Under the pieces are notes generated by a model that saw only the letters and a list, made by a program, of their open reading frames with translations, was not told the DNA's origin and did not search any database. Positions 10,907 to 19,638 of a DNA stretch of 56,544 nt are shown here, piece after piece; within the stretch, counting starts at the first letter, position 1; every line of letters begins with the position of its first letter. The DNA lies in the NCBI GenBank assembly GCA_964645535.1, contig CAZYCQ010000004.1, positions 30,874 through 87,417 on the forward strand, read 5' to 3'. Both the position numbers and the translations under genes were made by a program. This DNA comes from an uncultured archaeon (GTDB taxonomy: Archaea > Asgardarchaeota > Heimdallarchaeia > Heimdallarchaeales > Kariarchaeaceae).

Positions 10907-11911
10907 ATGCAGAATATCAATGCAACCAAAAAAATCAAAAAAGAGGAAATCATTTATGGGGAGATCCCTGAACGTGTCCTCTGGTTTTATAGAAGAGGAT
11001 ACCTTAACTCTTCCCAATCCGCTCGGCTTGTTATTGCAAACGTTTGGTTATTTGCTTCAGTTGCATTGATCCTTGGGATTTTTCAGCCCGCTTCATCATT
11101 CAATTATGCAAAACCTCTGGTTTATATTGGAGCTATTGCAGTAACCCCGATCGCAATGAAGCTGTTTCGTACAGAATTTTATAGAATTTATCCTTTGATA
11201 GTTTTCGGGTTACTTTATGATATCATCTCCATACTTCAATTTTATCTGAACATAACTCCCAATCTTTCCATTCTCTACAAATTTGACTTGATTTTGTTTG
11301 GATGGTTGTTTGGAGGAGAACCTCCTTCATTCTTTTTTTATGAAAACCACCAACCTTTGTTGGATATCTTGTTTGCTTTAATTTACTTTTCTCAAGCATT
11401 TGTTCCCTTCATTTTCTTCTTCTACTATCGAATGTCCAATTGTGAAGATATCCCAATTTTGCTTTGGGCTGTCGCTTTTATCGGTGGTGCCGCAGCTTTC
11501 TTCTTCATTTTCTTTCCAACAGCCGCACCTTGGTACGTCTACAATTTTGGTTTGGATCCTTCAAAAGTTCATGCATTAAAACCAGAAATTGCAACTGCGG
11601 GACTTTGGTATGCTGATCAGGCATTGGGAACCGATTTCTTTGTCTCGTTTTTCTGGACCAACACACAAGCTAAATTTGCTGCCTTTCCTAGCCTTCATGT
11701 TGGAACCATTGCCTTACTTTACTTCTTCGCCAAAGAAAAAAACCTGACCTTTCAGACTACATTACGAATATACTTGCTCTCCATGATTGTTGCTGTGGTC
11801 TATCTAAACCATCATTGGGTAGCTGATACCCTTATGGGACTGCTTCTTGCATTTCTCTCAATAAAACTTAGTGGTATACTCTATTCAAAAAATATAGATG
11901 AAACACTATAA
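10907..11911 (+). CDS. PAP2-superfamily lipid phosphotransferase, AUR1/IPT1 (inositol phosphorylceramide synthase)-like
   Basis: Multi-TM; PTAAPWY, FAAFPSLHVG, YLNHHWVAD catalytic motifs. Confidence 0.85.
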   Translation: MQNINATKKIKKEEIIYGEIPERVLWFYRRGYLNSSQSARLVIANVWLFASVALILGIFQPASSFNYAKPLVYIGAIAVTPIAMKLFRTEFYRIYPLIVFGLLYDIISILQFYLNITPNLSILYKFDLILFGWLFGGEPPSFFFYENHQPLLDILFALIYFSQAFVPFIFFFYYRMSNCEDIPILLWAVAFIGGAAAFFFIFFPTAAPWYVYNFGLDPSKVHALKPEIATAGLWYADQALGTDFFVSFFWTNTQAKFAAFPSLHVGTIALLYFFAKEKNLTFQTTLRIYLLSMIVAVVYLNHHWVADTLMGLLLAFLSIKLSGILYSKNIDETL

Positions 11912-12027
11912 TCTCTGTCCAAAAAAAAGCAATACAAAATAGCAAAATACTCCGAACACACCAAATATCTTTAAAATTCGGAAAGGTTTTCAAACATGGA
12001 ATTTTTCTGGTTCCGAAAGGTGATTTC

Positions 12028-13827
12028 ATGACTGAGGTTAAAAATGAAATTAGTTTTAGAATAAGTGGACAAAATGGAGATGGTATTTTCTCCTCTGGAG
12101 AAGTCTTCTCCAAAATATGTAGCAGGTCTGGTCTCCATGTCCATGGATACCGTTCCTACCAATCAGTCATACGGGGAGGACATGTAAATTACAGCGTTCG
12201 AGCTGCTAATTGGGATGTTTCAGCTCCGGCAGATTATATCGACGTTTTGATTGCATTACGTCCGGACAGTTTTGTCGTTGATGCACCGATGATGTCAAAG
12301 ACAGGTATCATACTGTATGACTCTAAAGGATTTCGAATAAAGCCGGATCAAGTCAAAGCACCGGAAGGTGTGAAGATTGTTGATATGCCCGCTGTCGAAT
12401 TGGCTTCGAAATTCTCAAAACTCAAAATTGTTGCAAATACTGTATTTATGGGTGCAGTTGTCGCTCTTTTTGACTTGGAAATGGCCATATTTGAAAAAAT
12501 GCTCGCAGATAATTTCGCCTCCAAAGGTCAAGAAGTCATTGACATGAATGTTGAATCTGCAAGGGCAGGCTACAATTGGGCCAAAGAGAATTTAGAACCA
12601 ATTAAGCACAATGTGAAAATTGATCCAAATGCAAAACCCAAAATGTTCATTGGAGGAAATGAAGCACTAGCTTTTGGAATGCTTATCGGTGGATTACAAT
12701 TCTATGCTTGGTATCCAATGACTCCCGCAAGTCCAATAGGACACTTCCTCGCAAAATATGGTGAGACAAGTGGTGTCGTGGTCAAGCAGATGGAAGATGA
12801 AATCAATGTTTCAAATTCAGTCGTAGGTGCGGCGGTTACTGGTGCAAGATCAGCTTGTGCTACGTCTGGAGGGGGATTTTCCCTAATGACTGAGGCAGTT
12901 GGGTATGCATCAATGGTGGAAGCCCCGGTTGTTTACATTGAAGTGGCTCGTGGTGGACCATCAACTGGTCTCCCAACCAAACAAGAACAAGGCGATCTCA
13001 GACAGTTGATCGGGGCATCTCAAGGTGATTTCCCAAGAGCCATCATTGCCCAGACAAGTGTGGAAGATGGAATCAAACTTGGTCAAGAGGCTTTGAATAT
13101 TGCAGAAAAATATCAAATGCCTGTCATCATTGCATCAGATCTGTACATGGGTGAACATTTCGAAACCATTCCTGAACCTGAGCTTGATGCCATCCCAATT
13201 GATCGAGGTAAATTGATTCTTGGAGAAGTGCCGGAAGACCAAAGACCATACAAACGGTATTTGGTTACCGAAGACGGTATTTCCCCCAGAACCATCCCTG
13301 GCGTGAAATATGGACAATATGATGCAGGATCTGATGAACATGATGAATTCGGTAAACTTATCTCTGATGTGAGAGCTGGTTATCCCGATTCCATCAAGAT
13401 ACGAATCGATCAAATGAACAAACGAATGAGAAAAATGGAAACCCTCCTGAAGGAATTGCCGCCTCCTGAAGTGGAAGGTTATAAGCCCGGTGAAGCAGAT
13501 GTCCTCTTGGTCACTTGGGGAAGCTTGCTTGATATCGTAAGAGAGTCAAGAAAACAGCTTGAAGAAAGATATGGCAAGAAAACAGCTCATTTGAATATCA
13601 AATACATTCTTCCCTTCCACTCAAAGGAAGTGAAGGAAATCCTAGAATCCTACCAAAATTCTGGTGCCCGTATTATTCTGGTTGAAAACAACTATACTGG
13701 TCAGATGGGTCAACACATTCGGGCAGAAACCGGATTCGAAATCAAGGACAAATATCTCAGGTATGATGGAGAAACCATCCTGCCAAGAGAAGTCACTGAT
13801 GCGGTAATGGAAATATTGGATAGGTGA
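12028..13827 (+). CDS. korA: 2-oxoacid:ferredoxin oxidoreductase, alpha subunit (gamma-alpha fusion)
   Basis: YQSVIRGGH, GNEALA, YPMTPAS, QMEDEI, ATSGGGFSLM, RGGPSTGLPT. An AGGTGA SD precedes the ATG. Confidence 0.95.
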   Translation: MTEVKNEISFRISGQNGDGIFSSGEVFSKICSRSGLHVHGYRSYQSVIRGGHVNYSVRAANWDVSAPADYIDVLIALRPDSFVVDAPMMSKTGIILYDSKGFRIKPDQVKAPEGVKIVDMPAVELASKFSKLKIVANTVFMGAVVALFDLEMAIFEKMLADNFASKGQEVIDMNVESARAGYNWAKENLEPIKHNVKIDPNAKPKMFIGGNEALAFGMLIGGLQFYAWYPMTPASPIGHFLAKYGETSGVVVKQMEDEINVSNSVVGAAVTGARSACATSGGGFSLMTEAVGYASMVEAPVVYIEVARGGPSTGLPTKQEQGDLRQLIGASQGDFPRAIIAQTSVEDGIKLGQEALNIAEKYQMPVIIASDLYMGEHFETIPEPELDAIPIDRGKLILGEVPEDQRPYKRYLVTEDGISPRTIPGVKYGQYDAGSDEHDEFGKLISDVRAGYPDSIKIRIDQMNKRMRKMETLLKELPPPEVEGYKPGEADVLLVTWGSLLDIVRESRKQLEERYGKKTAHLNIKYILPFHSKEVKEILESYQNSGARIILVENNYTGQMGQHIRAETGFEIKDKYLRYDGETILPREVTDAVMEILDR

Positions 13828-13832
13828 GAATT

Positions 13833-14732
13833 ATGGCAGTAACACAAGAAAAAGTACAACTATTTACCCAAAACGATTGGAAAGAAAATGTCTCCAAGCC
13901 TACATGGTGTCCTGGCTGTGGAGATTATGGAGTCCTCTCCGCAACACGAAAAGCTCTGGTTGAATTGCAGATCGATCCAACTGATACATTGGTCATTTCA
14001 GGTATCGGTTGTTCCTCCAACTTCCCTCACTTCATTGGAGGTTATGGTATCCATTCCCTTCATGGAAGAGCCGCTGCAAATGCGGTTGGTGCCAAGCTTT
14101 CCAACCCTGATCTTACGGTCATTATTGCCGGTGGTGATGGAGATGGACTAGGTATTGGTTTGGGAGGTCTTGTCCATGCAGCAAGAAGAAACTTGGATGT
14201 AACCTATGTCATCATGGATAACCAAATCTACGGTCTGACAACCGGGCAGACCTCTCCTACTTCCCTACTTGGTGCAAAAACCAAGAGTACACCTTATGGA
14301 AACATCGAAAGGCCACTGAACCCGATAGCGATAGCATTGGCTGCTGAGGCAACCTTTGTTGCAAGAACCTTTTCGGGAGATGGAAAACATTTCGCTGAAA
14401 TCATGAAAAGAGCTATTCAACATAAAGGATTCGCAATTGTAGATGCATTAAGTCCATGTGTGACTTTCAATAAGTTCAATACCTATGATTACTTCAGGGA
14501 AAGGGTGTACAAGCTAGAAGATACAGATCATGATCCAAGCGACCAAATGGCCGCCTACAAGAAAGCCTACGAATGGGAAGTCGAAGACAAGGTTCCAATA
14601 GGCGTATTCTATGAAGTACAAAGACCAACCTACGAAGATCAGGAACTAGCTTACAAACAGTTTGGCAATCCTGTCAAGCGGGGTCCCCGAAGACCTGCCA
14701 ATTTCAAACAAATTATTCAAGACCATTACTGA
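13833..14732 (+). CDS. korB: 2-oxoacid:ferredoxin oxidoreductase, beta subunit
   Basis: WCPGCGDY, SGIGCSS, HGRA, TPP motif GDGD...DNQIYGLTTGQTSPT, SPCVTFN. The GTG at 13824 is part of the AGGTGA SD. Confidence 0.95.
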   Translation: MAVTQEKVQLFTQNDWKENVSKPTWCPGCGDYGVLSATRKALVELQIDPTDTLVISGIGCSSNFPHFIGGYGIHSLHGRAAANAVGAKLSNPDLTVIIAGGDGDGLGIGLGGLVHAARRNLDVTYVIMDNQIYGLTTGQTSPTSLLGAKTKSTPYGNIERPLNPIAIALAAEATFVARTFSGDGKHFAEIMKRAIQHKGFAIVDALSPCVTFNKFNTYDYFRERVYKLEDTDHDPSDQMAAYKKAYEWEVEDKVPIGVFYEVQRPTYEDQELAYKQFGNPVKRGPRRPANFKQIIQDHY

Positions 14733-15543
14733 GACTTAATTCCTCAAACATTTGATGCAGAAATTTCAAACCTTTCACAGTTCTTGTACCATACCAACTC
14801 AGTAAACTCCCGTCAATGATTTCAATTCTTGCTGTTTCAAGATTTGGATTAATTTCCCTTAATAGATCTATGTCTGAATGAGTAAATCGATATGGTTCAT
14901 CTGGTAGCAAAACAACATCTGGATGGATCGATTCCAGTTCATGACCTGAGATTGTTGGATATCTTTTTCCTTTGTTCCCAAAAATGTTCACAAAACCACA
15001 TTTCTGAAGGATATCATGAATGTAGGTATCCACATTGATGGTCATCCAAGGATCTTTCCAAATCGGGCAAAAAACCTTAAATTTTGAATTCCTTTTCTTC
15101 TTGAGCAAAATATCCGCCTCTTCGTGAATTTGCCTGACCAAATCAGGGATTTCACCTAACAATAATATAGAAAGATCTCCAATCATTTTCAAACTGTCTT
15201 CGACTGATATTGGAAAGGTCACGAAAACCTTTGAAAATTCCATAATTTGTTCAATCCTGTCCTTCGGATTTTCCTCCTTGTTTGCTATGACAATGCTTGG
15301 TTTCAATTTTCGAATCTTTTCCACGTTGGGAGATTTGGTTCCACCTACATTTTGCTTGGTCTTTGCTTCTTCAGGATAAATGCAATAACGAGTGACTCCG
15401 ACAATCCGGTCCCCCAGACCCAAATCAAATAATGTCTCAGTTACAGAAGGCACTAAGGAAACTATGGATCCATCCTTGATTGGTGCGAATCTTTTTCCCA
15501 AAACATCAATTACCGTTTTCATCTCAATCCAACCACTTTTCAA
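14713..15543 (-). CDS. Helical-backbone metal receptor (BtuF/cobalamin-binding-like)
   Basis: IVSLVPSVTETLFDLG, VGVTRYC.YP, VGGTKSP, NKEEN, IWKDPWM, LPDEPYRF, DGSLLSWYG. Confidence 0.9.
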   Translation of the reverse strand: MKSGWIEMKTVIDVLGKRFAPIKDGSIVSLVPSVTETLFDLGLGDRIVGVTRYCIYPEEAKTKQNVGGTKSPNVEKIRKLKPSIVIANKEENPKDRIEQIMEFSKVFVTFPISVEDSLKMIGDLSILLLGEIPDLVRQIHEEADILLKKKRNSKFKVFCPIWKDPWMTINVDTYIHDILQKCGFVNIFGNKGKRYPTISGHELESIHPDVVLLPDEPYRFTHSDIDLLREINPNLETARIEIIDGSLLSWYGTRTVKGLKFLHQMFEELSLSNGLE

Positions 15544-15886
15544 ACAAATCGAATGGAATTTCCTCTTTCAATAACTCTTCTATCTTTTCCTTGTAAATCA
15601 TCCGGTAATCTTCTAATTCCTCTTCAGGGATCTCTTCAGGTTTCATTTCCATGAGGTCAACTATTTGCGAACCTGAGATGTGAAAAACTGGATCGAACAC
15701 TCTGTTTGGAACCAGTTTCCTATCATAGATGTCAACAAAGGTTGTCCCTTCAAGTTCAAACCAAAATTCCCCTGAATCGACATAGATATTGAAATATTTC
15801 CCCCGCCCTTTTGCCCTGTTTTTATAAATGAAATTGGTAGCTTCCATAATGAACCGTTGATATTTCTTTTTTACCTCTTTTTCCAT
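15524..15886 (-). CDS. Hypothetical protein (120 aa, acidic C-terminus)
   Basis: ATG ORF overlapping and co-oriented with the BtuF-like gene; natural amino-acid composition. Confidence 0.7.
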   Translation of the reverse strand: MEKEVKKKYQRFIMEATNFIYKNRAKGRGKYFNIYVDSGEFWFELEGTTFVDIYDRKLVPNRVFDPVFHISGSQIVDLMEMKPEEIPEEELEDYRMIYKEKIEELLKEEIPFDLFEKWLD

Positions 15887-16039
15887 TCAACATCAACAAA
15901 GCTCTCCAGTTAAAATCTTTTTCAATTTAGTCTAGAACAATCTTAAACAAAAAATTGCGAATCATTCCTGCTACAGTGGTAATTTATTTCGACGAAAAAA
16001 AACTTTTATTTCGATGATTTTCATGCATAATGAAAAACA

Positions 16040-17137
16040 ATGGATGACCGCTTCAGAACCTATTTTAACAAGCTTAACAACAAGGAACCCGTTAATTACC
16101 TGAAAAGCCTTAGAATTGGTCTCGACACGGAAAAAAATGTCAAAAAGGAGAATCTACTAGATTCCTTCCGAAAACATATAAGACAGTTCCAGGAAACAAA
16201 ATTGCAGTCAGAACCAAATTATGGCAAACAGAAAACCAACTTAATTGATTTGGGTTTATCCATTCTTTCAAGTTATAGCGGGAAATGTGGCATTTGCTTA
16301 ACTGACTGCGAGAATGAAAACCATGACCGATTTTTCAATATCTCCTCTACTCCTACCATCCACTATTATTCCCATTCCTATGATGATGAAATGATCGCGG
16401 AAAATAAGGAAGGGACTGGATCTATTGTTTTTGATGATCCAATTGAATCCGAATCATCTCCAATTTATTTACCCAAACAGCGCATTTCACATAAGGATCT
16501 GGTCAGTATCGTCTCTTTATTGGCAAGGGAAGGTGTCTCGCATATTTCTTTCAAGGGAGTAGTTCCCGAACGCTTTAGCATTCCAATTCTTGAAATGGTC
16601 AAGAAATTATCGGAAAATAAGGGATTAGACTTGAATGAAAAACTGATTTCTCTCAAAGGCGACTTAGTTGTGAATTTTCAAAAAGAGGAATTGCCAAAAT
16701 TTGAAAATTCCATTAACATCCCAATTTCTGTCCGAACAAGAGCCATTATATCCCCATTGGTTTGCGAGATTTTGGAAAGTGTTGTTGACCTGTGGGAAAT
16801 TGAGGTAGTTTATTTCGACAACAAATGTGCCAATCAGTATTGCCTTAGCAATCACTTTGAAGACCTCTTAATTAAAAACTTAAAAACAATCAATGATGGC
16901 CCTTCTGACCTTATTATCCATGTAATCCTAGAATCAGACCATTATGATTGTTGTACCAAGAAATTCCTTAAACGCCTGAAAAAAGAGGAGTTGAATCTAC
17001 CGATATTCTTCGACCTAAGAAATATCCCCAAGGATTCAAAACTGAGGAATGAAATAGCTGATCTGGTAATGTCTGAGGAAAACTATTCCTATTCAAAGTC
17101 TTTTGTCAATGAATGGATCTCTAAATATTATTGGTAA
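16040..17137 (+). CDS. Degenerate PflX-like radical SAM-fold protein lacking the canonical CxxxCxxC
   Basis: CGICLTDC, EGTGSIVF, NIPISV, LESVVDLW, DLIIHVILESDHYDCCTK follow the PflX family pattern in order. Confidence 0.65.
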   Translation: MDDRFRTYFNKLNNKEPVNYLKSLRIGLDTEKNVKKENLLDSFRKHIRQFQETKLQSEPNYGKQKTNLIDLGLSILSSYSGKCGICLTDCENENHDRFFNISSTPTIHYYSHSYDDEMIAENKEGTGSIVFDDPIESESSPIYLPKQRISHKDLVSIVSLLAREGVSHISFKGVVPERFSIPILEMVKKLSENKGLDLNEKLISLKGDLVVNFQKEELPKFENSINIPISVRTRAIISPLVCEILESVVDLWEIEVVYFDNKCANQYCLSNHFEDLLIKNLKTINDGPSDLIIHVILESDHYDCCTKKFLKRLKKEELNLPIFFDLRNIPKDSKLRNEIADLVMSEENYSYSKSFVNEWISKYYW

Positions 17138-17852
17138 GACTCAATTCTCTGTAATACTCTGCCCTTTCTCGGCGATCTTTGGCTTCCATTATTGCCCTTG
17201 ATACTGAAAATATGACCTTTTCCCCAAAAACTTCCTTCAAATTGTTTACCGATCCTCCTTGTTTTCCCAAACCCGGTGCCAAAACAAATGGATCTGGTGC
17301 AATATTTTTAATTGTTAGGAGGTGATTTTTTTGAATATGGCCGGTTGATCCAACAACCATTCCGCTGCAAAATTTTTGCGCTTCTTTGGCCCATTGCTCA
17401 AAAGGGGCAGGACTGCCTTGAACCATATAGAATGCTTCTGCATTGGACATCAATGTCAACAAAATGGTTTCCAATCCCATCGATTTCGCATAAGCTGATG
17501 TCACTTCTGTGTTGCCAGGAAATGGAGATATTGTTACCATGTCAAAATGTTCCTCAGAAATCCAATGGAGTGCCGCTTGATTACTGGAACCAATATCGCT
17601 GAGCTTGTGATCCATTATCGCTAAAGTTGGATGTCGATGAATTCTATCAGTAATCCGTCGCATTTCTTCAATGGAGGTTCCCAAAAAAAATTGACGATTC
17701 AATTTGAAAGCCACTGCAAGATCCCAAGTTTCATCAATTATTTCAAGTGCGAATTCCACTCTTTCTTCTATTGGAACGTTGGTTGGTGGGTCAATTCCAA
17801 TACAAAGTTGACTGTCCTTTGCTGAAACCAAGGAGGAAATAGTAGTTGTCAA
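17121..17852 (-). CDS. pyrF: Orotidine 5'-phosphate decarboxylase
   Basis: LCIGIDP, AFKLN, DHKLSDIGSSN (DxKxxDI), LAPGLGKQGG, SVSRAI. Confidence 0.93.
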   Translation of the reverse strand: MTTTISSLVSAKDSQLCIGIDPPTNVPIEERVEFALEIIDETWDLAVAFKLNRQFFLGTSIEEMRRITDRIHRHPTLAIMDHKLSDIGSSNQAALHWISEEHFDMVTISPFPGNTEVTSAYAKSMGLETILLTLMSNAEAFYMVQGSPAPFEQWAKEAQKFCSGMVVGSTGHIQKNHLLTIKNIAPDPFVLAPGLGKQGGSVNNLKEVFGEKVIFSVSRAIMEAKDRRERAEYYRELSLTNNI

Positions 17853-17891
17853 CAGATGGGGTTTGTTAGACGCATTAAAAAAGAATTCTTC

Positions 17892-18524
17892 CTAAACCCA
17901 ATCAGTAACTGCCGATTTGATCGAATTGAATTCTTCCTTGGATATCTGATTTGAATCTTTAAGAATTTCCACCATATCGGCAAGGTTCAGAACGGAATGA
18001 AGTTGCATCCCAGATTCTTCAACCACAAATTTTGTTGTTTCTGAAGTTCGATCAATTAAGACAAGTAGATGATTTACTTTGCCACCACCTTCCTCAATTG
18101 CTTGTTTTGGCTTGATCTTTGAAGCTCCTGTGGAAATCAAGTCATCGACCAATAGAACTTCGTCACCTTTAGTTAGTTCCTTCCCCTCAATCAGTTTTCC
18201 TGTACCATGCTTTTTCGGTTCGGACCTTATCTGAAGCAAAGGCAGTCCATACTTAAGACAAAGGGCTGTGGCAAACGGAATGCCGGCACTCATTATCCCA
18301 CCAATCAAAAGGTCTCGCTTTTTTCCGAAAATGTCTTCGAACTTCCTTGCATAGGCTTCATTCACCATGGCAAAAACTTTGGGATAGGAAGGAACCAATC
18401 TCAGATCTATATAAAACGGACTCATATCCCCGGACTTCAGTTTGAAACTTCCGATTTTTATGGCGCCGATACCGTATAATCCTTCTACAATTCTCTTCTT
18501 GAATAGTGGATCTATTTCCATCAA
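17892..18524 (-). CDS. pyrE: Orotate phosphoribosyltransferase
   Basis: FKLKSGDMSPFYIDLR, KKHGTGKLIEG, LLVDDLISTGAS. Confidence 0.96.
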   Translation of the reverse strand: MMEIDPLFKKRIVEGLYGIGAIKIGSFKLKSGDMSPFYIDLRLVPSYPKVFAMVNEAYARKFEDIFGKKRDLLIGGIMSAGIPFATALCLKYGLPLLQIRSEPKKHGTGKLIEGKELTKGDEVLLVDDLISTGASKIKPKQAIEEGGGKVNHLLVLIDRTSETTKFVVEESGMQLHSVLNLADMVEILKDSNQISKEEFNSIKSAVTDWV

Positions 18525-18536
18525 TTCATTTCAAAG

Positions 18537-18911
18537 TTACTCAATAAAAGAATGTTGTTTTTTCAAGCTTCTGAACAGATGTAAGATCGGCTGAATAGAC
18601 TTATTAGTCAGAATCCCCTCAACTCCACCGACAATCACGTTTTTTTCGTCAACAACCAATGTAGTTGGTACAAAATTGATTCCGGCTATATTGAAAATCT
18701 CCAAATCTCTCCCAATATCAAGTTCTACAAAATCTTCTTCTTCGTCGTTGGTCAAATGATTGAATATGATTTCTTTTGAAACAATGCATCTGGCACAAAA
18801 AGTGCTTCGAAAAAATATGATCCTTGGTCTTCTTGATTGAAGTGGCAAGGTCTTCCCTAATGCAAATCCCACAGAAGAAACATGGATTATGAACTTTAAG
18901 TAATTACCCAA
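18537..18911 (-). CDS. Thioredoxin-fold protein (start uncertain)
   Basis: IIFFRSTFCARC (CxxC) and INFVPTTLVVD (cis-Pro loop). Confidence 0.7.
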   Translation of the reverse strand: MGNYLKFIIHVSSVGFALGKTLPLQSRRPRIIFFRSTFCARCIVSKEIIFNHLTNDEEEDFVELDIGRDLEIFNIAGINFVPTTLVVDEKNVIVGGVEGILTNKSIQPILHLFRSLKKQHSFIE

Positions 18912-18918
18912 TGTTTCT

Positions 18919-18938
18919 GTTTCTCCTCAGGGAGAAAC
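18919..18938. promoter_or_regulatory. Perfect 8-bp inverted repeat (candidate operator)
   Basis: GTTTCTCC-tcag-GGAGAAAC lies in the divergent gap between the thioredoxin-like and Lrp-TRASH genes. Confidence 0.45.
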
Positions 18939-18969
18939 CTTTTGTGGATAAAGATCAATTTAATGCTGA

Positions 18970-19575
18970 ATGAACTTAGACCAATCCGATCTCCAAATTT
19001 TGTTTCTTCTGAAAAACAATTCCCGAATCTCACTGACAGATTTGGGAAAGCAAATTGGAATGACTCCAGCAGCAATTAATTACCGACTTCAGAAACTCAT
19101 AGAAAAGGGTATTATCAGATCATTTACCATTGACATCGATTATTCTAAATTAACCCCGAATTACCAAAGCTATCTGTTTCGTGCTAAAATACCAAAATGG
19201 TTGATCAATAAGGAGGGTATGAAACTCTTCATAAGGAAATTTTTCAATGAAGCTTTTCAGATTGCTGAAGGATATAATTTCCTGGGTGTGACATTCCCTC
19301 TTGATTCTGATCAGTTGCAAAAATTAATAGAATTTGTTGAGAGTCAAAAAATTTCTGAATTTATCATTACTCCCATCATTTCAAGAGAAGATCAGTTTGG
19401 AACACTTGAAATCCGTGCGGAAAATGTTCAACGTTTATATTGTCCCGAATGCCAAAAAGAAATGGAAGGAAAGGCCATTGTTGTTGAAGTGAATGAATCG
19501 AAACTAATGGGCTTTTGCTGTGAAGATTGCAGAAACAAATTTATTGAACGGTATGAAAAGATAGTGAAACGCTGA
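18970..19575 (+). CDS. Lrp/AsnC-type regulator with a C-terminal TRASH/YHS metal-binding domain (CopR-like)
   Basis: N-terminal LDQSDLQIL..LKNNSR...HTH...LIEKGIIRSFTI; C-terminal CPEC...FCCEDC. Confidence 0.88.
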   Translation: MNLDQSDLQILFLLKNNSRISLTDLGKQIGMTPAAINYRLQKLIEKGIIRSFTIDIDYSKLTPNYQSYLFRAKIPKWLINKEGMKLFIRKFFNEAFQIAEGYNFLGVTFPLDSDQLQKLIEFVESQKISEFIITPIISREDQFGTLEIRAENVQRLYCPECQKEMEGKAIVVEVNESKLMGFCCEDCRNKFIERYEKIVKR

Positions 19576-19638
19576 ATCTTGAAAATTTCCTTCAAAAAAT
19601 AAGGAATGATTTAAGAGAAAGGAACGGGGAATGAGAGT

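Noticed and set aside
11977-12017. TTCGGAA...TTCCGAA inverted pair upstream of korA as a riboswitch or attenuator
   Set aside because: There is only a 7-bp stem with a long loop and no recognisable aptamer consensus.
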